Made by a program: the position numbers and the translations under genes
Shown: piece by piece, positions 38,847 through 48,955 of the stretch
How the letters are laid out: every line of letters starts with the position of its first letter
Position numbering within the stretch: the stretch's first letter is position 1
Assembly (NCBI GenBank): GCA_025201805.1
Contig: MU619341.1
Span: forward strand, 52,566-114,765
Length of the DNA stretch: 62,200 nucleotides
Direction: 5' to 3'
From: Parasitella parasitica NRRL 2501
Taxonomy: Eukaryota > Fungi > Mucoromycota
Notes under the pieces: generated by a model
What the model saw: the letters and a program-made list of their open reading frames with translations, nothing else
Databases searched by the model: none
Told to the model about the DNA's origin: nothing

Positions 38847-41332
38847 TCAATAGCCTTCTATGGTCAGTGAAGAAGATGGCTTTTTAATATCTCTTTTGGG
38901 TCTATTCATAATGCTGTCCTTCGCTTTCCATTCATAGGGCAATTGAAATTTGAAATTCGTTTGCGTCGGCAGGCTCTTCCAGTATTTTTTTTGTATGTCT
39001 ACAATTGTTCGGAATGATTCAATCGCACCAAGATTAGGTTTGATTCCGTTCAAAGAATGCTTGAAGCTGGTATTGTTGGACAAGAGCTGTGCCATGCTGG
39101 CTGTCGCGCTATTGGCGAGCGATTCAAGTTCATATCCGCCTTCCAGACTCAAGACCAGCCGATCATGGCACAATTCTTTTGCTAAATCGCATACTATCTT
39201 TGTCATCAAACTGAATCCTTTTGGACTGACGTTATAACCACCCAGCTATTCAAATGCTTAATGTTAAGGGCACTGTACTTTAAACAAATGATCAAATCAC
39301 ATTACGTTCTCGGGATGTCCCTCTGCTGCATCAAATCCAGCAGACACAAATATCTAGGATGAAATAGAATGAGTTGTTTTTTTTTTTTTTTTTTTCATGT
39401 GGCAAGGATAGCGCATATTTTACCATATCGGGTTCAAATTGTCTTGCGATAGGTATCAGTAGATGATAAAACGCAGCTATAAACTCTGTATCACCCATGG
39501 CCTCTATAACATTGAACTTTTAGAACGAGAGATTCACAGTAAAAGTATATTCCATACTTGGTTTATCTTTTGACTCATTCAATGCAATGTTGATGTTGAA
39601 CCCCAAGCCTTCCAACTGCCCGCATTCATCTGGGGCACCACTAAAAGGGTAAAACTTGCCATGCTCCCAGCGATGAACACTAACATACAGCACATTTGGA
39701 TTATCGTAAAAGATCTTTTGTGTTCCGTTGCCATGNNNNNNNNNNAAAAAAAAAAAAAAAAAAAGAATTGATTATTAATACAACAACTACATGTCCAGTC
39801 GCTTGATTCACCACCGCCTTACTGAATGTCCCTATGTAAATCTATTAAAAAAAAACAACAGAAAACATACTTTTGGGTGTATGCTCACACATTACCAGTC
39901 AATGATGAGTATCTTTTTGATTTTTGTTGGGTATCTCTCCATAATTGCGGATACAGCTACTGCAACATTGTTGTAAAAGCAGAATCCCATTGCAGCATCG
40001 TCTTCCGCATGATGGCCAGGTGGTCGAATCAATGCAAACCCGTTTTTAAGTTCCCCTCGAACAATCGTGTCTGCCAGTTCAATCAAACCTCCCGCAGAGA
40101 TCTTCGCAGCTGTTCTGGAGTACTCGGGATGGTACGTTGTGTCTACAGATATGCCTAATTGTCCACAGTTCATTTTATACAGCAATTCTGGCGGATTAAA
40201 TACAGTAGATGGCGATACTTGTTGTTGTAAGGAAGGTTCTATTTTTAACCCAGGTTCTCCTCCTCCAACTCCATACGAGGTTGGTTTCAATATAGGGGAT
40301 GTAGGTGGTGAATAATTAAGTAACGCTGCAATTGATGTTATTTTGATGGGTTTCTGTTCCTGTGTTGTGTTGGGTAGCAGCAATGGGTAATAGTTTCTAA
40401 CATGTGAAAAAGTATGTACACGTAAAAGTTCGTTCGAAGTAACTTCGCGAGCATGGATGCGGCGGAAATATCGCAAAAGTCTAGTTACCGTCTTAGTGCG
40501 CGCAAGACCAGCGCAAATCAGCATGTACATTACCTTTTAGCATGCAATGAATCAAATATCGAAGCCAGTCTTTCGGGTCTTTCGGGGTGGATCATGCGTT
40601 CAGACTCGCAAGGACAATTGTGCAAATTCATCTGTGCATCAGAGACAAGGCCGGTATTCTTCCTCGACTCAAAACCAGCAGGCGAATAGTAAAACTTTTT
40701 AAAATCTGCCCAAGATGACTTTGATTCTCTTCCTTTTGGTCCAAATGACACTGTGTCGTAGTCTGGCACGATGCCATTGTAATCTATCCAACTGGCTTGA
40801 TCTGGCGGCCATCCTTCATAATGCACCAATATATAGGTGGGTGCTAAATCAACAATTCGTGCATAATAATAGGCTCTCTGTTCGACCTTGTAAGCAACAA
40901 CTTGATCCCCCACACGTTTTTGAAAATCTAAAAGGAGAGGACATTGTAAGTGGCTTTTTTGTTTTATTTTTTATTTTTTATTTGCCATACCATCCATTAA
41001 TGGATATTTACCATATTGAGGAACATTATTGCCATGCATAGTTTTAAACTTTTTGGTATCCTTGGCCTCAGTCAGCTCTTTTTTTAATGGCAATATGGCC
41101 GATTTTCTCTTGATTTTTTGCAACGGTTGATGGTGAAGGTAGTTTTCTTTTTGTTGATTGTTGATATCATTCATTGGTGCCATTAATAAATAATTTAAAC
41201 TTGTTACCGTCGTCGTCGTTGTTGTTTGTATCAATGGTGGAGGCTGTGGAGGCTGTGATGGATGATTTGGTGTTGATGGAACCTAATTACTTTCAGAATT
41301 CATCATTTTAAAAATCGAAACCTTACCATCAT
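38847..41332 (-). CDS. Tudor-knot + class IIa-type histone deacetylase, multi-exon (part of the DxH motif falls in the N gap)
   Basis: ILVHYEGW..ASWI; TGLVSD..HNCPC..HPERPERL; NCGQLGISVDT; RPPGHHA; GFCFYNN; HGNGTQ; SAGFDAAEGHPENLGGY; LEGGY. Confidence 0.9.
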
Positions 41333-43149
41333 GATAGCAAGAGGTTGGTTATATATGCTGCTAAAGTGATACGGAATAATTAAATTAAAGGCGGGCAAAA
41401 AATCATTCAATTTTTTTTTTTTTTCTCTTCAAAACGTAATCAATGGCTGAGAAACCTTAAAGAAAATGATTTATATACAATGAAAACGGAAAGTCAAAGA
41501 AAGAGAGAGAAAAAAAAATAAAAAAAAGAGACAAGAAAAGAAAAGAAAAGAGAAGGGGGTTTGAGGAGTGCTGGAAAGAAGAGAAGAGGAAGAACCTCAT
41601 TGTATCTATTTATTTTATTTTTCACGTACCAAATGCCAAAAAATGGAAAACTCCTTTAATTTTACAAGTCAGATATCAAAACCCAAATGATGTTCAATAC
41701 CATAGCAATCCATCAACGCCTCTTGTCAATATGTGTGATGCAAGTTAAATTAATTCAGAGATATAGGATTCTAGATTCCATAGCAGGTTCTTAATTTTTT
41801 CATGTTCTTCTTCCCCCTTTTCTTATATCAGGAATGATCAAGTTTCAATGTCAATATAAACAAAGGACTAAAATCCAAAGACTCATTACGTTTTCAACAT
41901 ATCACAAATTTGAATTTTCTTTGTTGTTTGTCATACATGATTATCGTCTAAAAGACATCAACGAGTAAACAAAGAAAGTTTTCTTGCAACTCTTTGCTCA
42001 GAAGAGCATTATCATACTAGTTAGCATTGAATTGCGTAGAATTAGGATCACCAAACGAGACATGCAACATGTATTCACAATCATACCTATGCCTCCTTCT
42101 TTTTTCTGTTTATATGAATACATTCACACAGCTGCTCTTCATAGCAACTATTGCAAACATAAAATGATTCGAACTTGTTGCAACTTGATATCTATTGCTG
42201 GGCTTCTATCTCATGGCAAAAAGATGTGTATCATTGTAGACAAGGATCTCATAACCATCTTTAGTACAACGATATCGAAAACAAGGAGCAGAACCAAACA
42301 TCTATTGTAGTTCTTACAGAGCATACATTATTTATTTATTTTTCTACTGATTTACAGTAAAATACGTATGTCAACTACTATAACGATTAACACTTTTGAG
42401 TTATAAGATTAAATTTGAAACATTTGCATAAAATGTATTACACGTAGTATATATTTAGCTTGTATGCAATAAATAGATAGTGCTTTTAAATACGTGTGTA
42501 CAGCTGGAAGACAATTACGCTAGACAATCAATGTCGATTATACATGTACTATAATGCATTTTACTATTCGAATACTATTTACAACTCCTCATTTCTTGCT
42601 ATATAGCTGTATGTGCATCAGAAATAGTTATATTAAAAACGATCCTATTTGTCAACCATTATGTATGTTTTTTGAAGGATTGGAAAAGAAAATATTTGAC
42701 TGAAAAACGCATGCATTATTGGAGCAGGTAAGGTCTTTCGTTTCGTGGCTAAAACTGTGCAAATGGCCATATATCTATCAATTCGAGAAATAAATTGTAA
42801 AAAAGATATAAAACAGAAAATACGTCTCTCAACTATCAGCAGAAATGCCTTCGATTGGAAATGTGTCAAGTCTCTGTACCTACGACAGATGACTGGCAAT
42901 GGCTAAGACCCTTCAAGACTACCTTGGAAAAGGATGCCAAGAATCGAGACGTTAAAAGACGTCGACAACGCCACAAGTTCTAAAACAGAGGATGGGATAC
43001 AATGTGAAAATTTAAAAATAATTCGGAGTAATCAGTAAAACGTAGTGTTATCAATGCAAAATATCTCCATTTGCTCCATAACTTACAATAATCTTCCCTA
43101 CTTGTATCAAATAAGGATGACATATCTAACCACATGGAACCAGCCATAA

Positions 43150-43600
43150 AAGTGATTTTGATGAGTTCCAAAAAATAAACGCTTGGAAAACACATTTGCA
43201 TCCATGTTTTTATCTATCCCTATCAAGTTATCAGATGTTATCATAATTTTTCATATTAGAATTGCATCAAATTAGGTATGATCATCGCTATCCGAACATA
43301 ACTTGGTTTCCAATGGGCAAGCTTTCTATTAAAAGTTATCTGCAAAAACAATTTTATTCTCATCACTTTTCAGATATTTGCTCATAACTTCTGCTGAAAT
43401 GACCTTGGAACCGCAATCTAACTAGGAAAACTTTGGCGCTACCTGGCGACAAAATTTCAGGTAGGTTTGTCATAATATGAATAGACAGCTTCTTATCAAT
43501 CAGTAAATTCAATAGTATTGCATCTGGTAAATTATCAAGTCCTTGATTACTTTTTTATCATACAATCGCTGCTGTGCTCATTTCCAGGAGGACTTGACTC
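43150..43600 (-). repeat. Decayed dispersed repeat/coding remnant, copy 3 (longest)
   Basis: Shares one segment with 250-452 and another with 8460-8552; reading frames interrupted by stops. Confidence 0.7.
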
Positions 43601-45479
43601 AACAGGCTAGATTGAGTATCTATCCTAAAAAATGTTATTTCATGTTCATATTAATAATATGTATTATTTTATGATGTGATGTTCTACGCTTTGATAGGAA
43701 GTAGCATTATATCGACACTCGGTTTTAAAATTGATATATAAGTCAGAAGATCTTTATGAATATATTTTGAGTTAATTGAATGTGTATTCAAGCTTATATT
43801 GCACATCTGTTGTTCTATGGCAATTATTATTACAAAACTAATAAAAATCACCGCTGCCTTTATTCCTTAAAGTAATAAAGGTTGTCTTTTTTTTTCTTCA
43901 TGCTTGTAAAATTGTATGTCCCTCTTTGCTTTTCTTTTTTTATCTAAATTTCTCAAGTAAATCAACAACAGTAATATAGATTCTATTATTAGCATGATAA
44001 CATTTGTTTGTATTGCCGAGATAAACACGCAGAGTTTTCACAATTAATCAAGATGGATTATTGAATAGGAAACGAATGCTCCAAAATATACATTAAACTT
44101 ATCAGTATTCAGCTTTTCTAGAAAAAGCGTAGTTTCATCAACTGCAATTGCTGCTGTTCTTCACTTTGTTATAATACAGTAATAGTCGAGCTTAATAAAG
44201 GATGTACAGGGCAGTATAAAAGAACTGGAAATATTGTTTCATGTCTCAAGGCGCACTTAATTTATATTGATATTTGTCAACGAATATTGCATGTGTACAG
44301 ATTATAGCGTATTTGTATGTCAATTTTGAATCTATTGCGGTGATAAATGTAGAGTATACCATATGCACAGCAAAATTAGATGCGCAATTCATCTTTATTC
44401 CCCCTCCCCTCACTTTTACGTGCATAATAGTTAAAATTGATTGAAACTTGATGTATACGTATACCGCAGTGTAGCTCAGTTGCGTACAACTTGGTACTTT
44501 GTCAATTCCATATTTTCGTAATATGATAAAAAAAGCGCCTAAGGTCATGCATAATATGTATGTATGTGTCATCCATATTATACTCCATGTACAGTAGACG
44601 CAAGAAAGCGAAGATTTTCTCTACATATACGCGCTTATTTCGCATTTGATTCTTATCATATGGCCCCAACCATAAACAGGGATATATACTGCATCTTAGC
44701 AGAGGGGATATTATACTAAAGTATAAAAAGAAAAAGTGAAAAGTGAAAGATTTATGACAGCATTTACGGCACATATTTTTCAACATTGGGCTTCATTTAC
44801 TTCTTTAAGATTTAATCGAACCTGTTGTTACAAGTTCCTGCTAAAGATGGTCCTCCGCATTAAAGTCATGAGTATATACCTTTACACGGCCATCCATTTA
44901 ATGAAATAGCACGTAGATTGAGAATTATGTTCGTTACAACATGTAACGATACGTTTTCCCATCGCCACACGAACATAGTAAAGGTACATATGGATGAAAA
45001 ATTACGTCTCGTGCTCCTATGTCTTGATGTTCTTTGATGATAGTAGTAAATTGACGCGACAGCATGTCGAATACAAATATTTGTCCATGGATAGTTGGTG
45101 CTAGTAAATATCGGCCGTTGTAGGCTATTTTGACTAGTTAAGGATTTGAATGATTTTTATAATATACGCTTGGCAAAGAATTTGGGCATATATTTGCTGA
45201 TGAAAAGCTTACTCTTCGTGTCGATAGCTCTTGATTTAATCCAATTGGAAGCTGTCATTATCTTGGTAGGATAGACCAGATTATGCAATGACTTGAATTT
45301 GGTTTGATGCTAAAATGTATTTTTAAGTTTTGTATTGTGTCAATTTTTTTCTTTCCTAATCAGAATGATCATCCAACGACTTACAGACTCCTTTGCTTTG
45401 GTCACACATTTCAGCACCTCGACTTTTGAGCCATGCACAGCTGCTGTTACTACAGCTGCTAGTATTACTAACGGCCGTA

Positions 45480-46260
45480 CTGCTATCACATGCTTCTGCA
45501 TCCAACCAGTCAACAAATATAGCGCAATCGCAATATGAAGAATACATGCTCGAAAATGTTTGTAGATTTTTCATCTGCAGCCGCAATAACTTGTGTATGC
45601 AGTATTTGGCAAGAACAAAATATTCAATGCCACATCCGTAGCATCGTCTTTCATTCTAGTTGATTCTAGCAATGTTTTTACAAATGGATACAACTTTGGC
45701 TAGTGGATATATATTAATTCCGTCCCATGAATATTAGAAGTTTAATGCTTAGAATCTTCTCCTTGTGTCCCGTAAAAGCTTGCTAATAATTTGTTCTCAC
45801 ACACATCGAAAATCTTAATATCGGCAAGGCAAGATATAATTGTCTGCATCGTCATCAGACCAACGATATCGATCTTTTGATTTACCACCCACAGCGAGTG
45901 GGCTTTCGGGAGTAAAAGTTGCCGCACTAAAATTCATCTACATGTGTTTTTCGTCTGCATATCTTATTTTGCGTACTAGTTTAAAATCTTTGAAAATATC
46001 GTATATTTTAACAGTGCCAGCGCTGCAATAGGTTACAAGGAGCGTACCCTCGTCAGACAATGTCATGCTTGTGATAGGTCCTTGATCTGCAATAGTGCAG
46101 GAATTATTGGTTAACGGGAATTCCTAGTTTACGTCTTTCATCACAAAATTTTGAGGGGTATCAGCATAAATCTCCAATAGACATCTGGGCATTTTTCTGC
46201 GAGTTCTTGAGTCCGTTTGTCACCCCATGCTAAAATGCCAGCTGTTGCTGTTGTCGTTGG
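45480..46260 (-). pseudogene. WD40-repeat protein pseudogene
   Basis: Frame-hopping peptide DQGPITSMTLSDEGTLLVTYCSAGTVKIYD / DEF*CGNF / AVGGKSKDRYRWSDDDADNYILPC / IKIFDV / GHKEKILSIK..N*YISTSQ / YSSYCDCA with at least 4 frameshifts and internal stops. Confidence 0.8.
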
Positions 46261-46683
46261 TTGGGTGAGTATCTATATGCATGCTTGTGTGAGTAGCCAG
46301 CTCTAATAGAAGGCTGGAGCAAGCAGAGTATATAAACATTACCGTAAGTAATTTCCTTTTTGGTTTTGATTTACTCTTCTTAAAATCTATGCCGCCGCCA
46401 TCTGTGTCACGCTCAAAGCCTGATACGAAATCACGAACTTTTTTGTATGAAATGCACTCTTTTTTTTTTTTTTTTTTNNNNNNNNNNTTCGTACGCATTG
46501 ATATGAATATACAGTAACTAGATGAACAAAGAAACGAAACAGTGGCACATGCCGTGACTTATTGGCTTATACTTATTTACTATACTCAAATGTAAGCCGA
46601 TGCGCGCGCGCGTGCACGCGCGTTTAGCTCCGTTATTAATGATATTATTTTATTGACATTACTATTATATGATACAAAAAAGT

Positions 46684-48024
46684 TTAATCATTCGTTGGCT
46701 TTTGTACTAAAAATGCGTATAAACCCATGAACGAATTTGACTGAATTAATGCAGACTTAAGTTTAGATATCAAGCTCTCGTACTCTCGATTCTCCTTTAT
46801 GCCAAGCGACCGCTTCAACCAAGGCGATAAACCATCGAGAGCCCCGTGAAATATTTGTATGTAGGCATTACCAATGGGACCGCCCCATCCGAGTGGAATT
46901 TCTCTATATTCACTCTGCAAGATCTTCATCCCACCTCCTTCTGTTAACAGTAAATCCAGCTTTGCGCCTGCCGAAGCGTCTAAACCATATGAGGCACAGA
47001 ACGCTTCAACTAAAAAGTGTTGTTAGTAAAAAGAGAAATCAGATAAAAAGAATAAAAAATGATCTGCTTTACATGCTTTTGTGTATCGTATAGCAGTGGG
47101 ATCCATGGTTATAATCTGTAGAAAGCAAGTTTAGTCTCTTGTAAAGCATGTTTCATGAGCAGGCACCTTACTCTCATATCTAATTCTACGCATTGAAAGC
47201 AGCCGCCATCTTTCAACACTCGCTTGATTTCAGAGATGATAAAAGGCCACTCGTTCAATCTAAAGGCAAGGACAACAAATCTATAGAAGACTACATGCAT
47301 CAGACAATAATTTCATTGTAGTGCATTACGAGGATTACCTCATTTGAATAAAATCTAATGCATGAATCAGTTTTTAGTAAGATGTTGTCTGATTATCGCA
47401 GGCTGTCTACGTACCAAAGGTTTTATCAGGATATGGTATCCCCTGTAGTACATTTGCCTCTGTGAAGGTGAGGTTCACAGGTCGGATCACCTGGGGCCAT
47501 AGGCTACACATATCTATGCCGGTAAAACGACAACTGGGGTAATCTAGACTAGTTTCGCATAGCCAGGTTGCAGGGCCACAGCATACATCGAGTACTTGCA
47601 AGCTGTCGTTTTGAAAGTCAAGCCTTTTTAATGCTTCAATCATGATATTGCTATAGTCATTTTATTAGTTTTTACCCCTATAAAAGGATTCATGCAAAGC
47701 TTACAATCCCAATAATTCTTTTGTCACAAAATGTTCTTCATGCAAACGGTCAATCTCTTTGTCATCTTTGGGTAGCATGTAAGAGCTAGATTCTACAGCA
47801 TGATATGTGCGGCCGCCTATGGTTCGTTTATCCGGCTTTATAACAGGCACCTTTTTCTCTTCGCTAACGGAATTGGTTTTGCTATTTCTCAAGGTTGATG
47901 ATTTGGATTTTCTTGTCGCTGATGAAGGCGAGCTGCTGCTGTTGCGTCTATGTTGTTGGCTCTGATGATCATGATGTTGCTGTATAGTATCATTTGGTGG
48001 ATCACGTGAAATATTACCACCCAT
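46684..48024 (-). CDS. Class I SAM-dependent methyltransferase (LaeA-like superfamily), 6 exons
   Basis: GRTYH..YMLPKDDKEIDRLHEEHF, VLDVCCGPATW, GIDM, IPYPDKTFDFIQMR, EIKRVLKDGGCFQCVE. Confidence 0.88.
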
Positions 48025-48955
48025 TCTGTTTATTAGATTTTGTATATTTAAAAGAACAGGAAGAAAAGAAAGAATAAAAAGGAAGCATACAAGAAAATAT
48101 ATATAACATAGGTAGTACCGAAACTTTATAATATATAGGGTAACTCCTGAATGATTGGGGGATCATCGGAGAGTGCTTATTTCACACTGTAACAAGGCAA
48201 CGGTTTACTGTTTGTTTACATCATGCACAATAGAAAAAAAAAACGCCATGTAACCATACCAGTATTGTGATAACAGATGGGTTTTTTTTATTTTTTTCTT
48301 TCATCCATAACAAAAACNNNNNNNNNNNNNNNNNNNNNNNNNNNNNNNNNNNNNNNNNNNNNNAAAAAAAAAAAAAAAAACCAAAAAAAAAATGTAGACC
48401 CTCGATTTTAACCCTTTTTGCTTACTTACATGAAAAAAGAAAAAAGAAAGTGCTCCCTATGTAGCTTATTTTACGTATAACGATTGTGTATTGTGATAGC
48501 CCCACAAAAAGTACAATAAATAAGTGTCAATGGCAATATAAAAATATTTTCTCCCTCTTAATCATTGTCGTCGGTTAGTTTGTTTACTCTATATTCGCTC
48601 CTCTTGCTCTCTCTCCTAAACGGAAAACACTGCCATTGTTTAAAATAAGTGTGCATTTGAATAAAATTTTGTCCATCGCACACATACATTTGCCCTCCTC
48701 TGTGTCTGTGTGTGCAATGTGAGGTGTCTTTAGTTTTCCGTGAAAAATAGAATGAGGGGATAATGTATCATTGCCAGGATGAATAAATAAATAGAAAAAA
48801 AAAAAGGAGTGGAGAAGGAGCACTTGCAACATGATTCATACACGGACAATAACGAAATTGCCTCTCGAACTATCCTACATATGATATATCAAATAACCTC
48901 ATTATTGCACATGTACGATTTTTTTCACATGCTGCTTTATTGAATTATCTTTTAT

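Noticed and set aside
44464-44520. gtagctcagttg resembles a tRNA D-arm/A-box
   Set aside because: No T-arm GTTCRA or acceptor stem pairing follows
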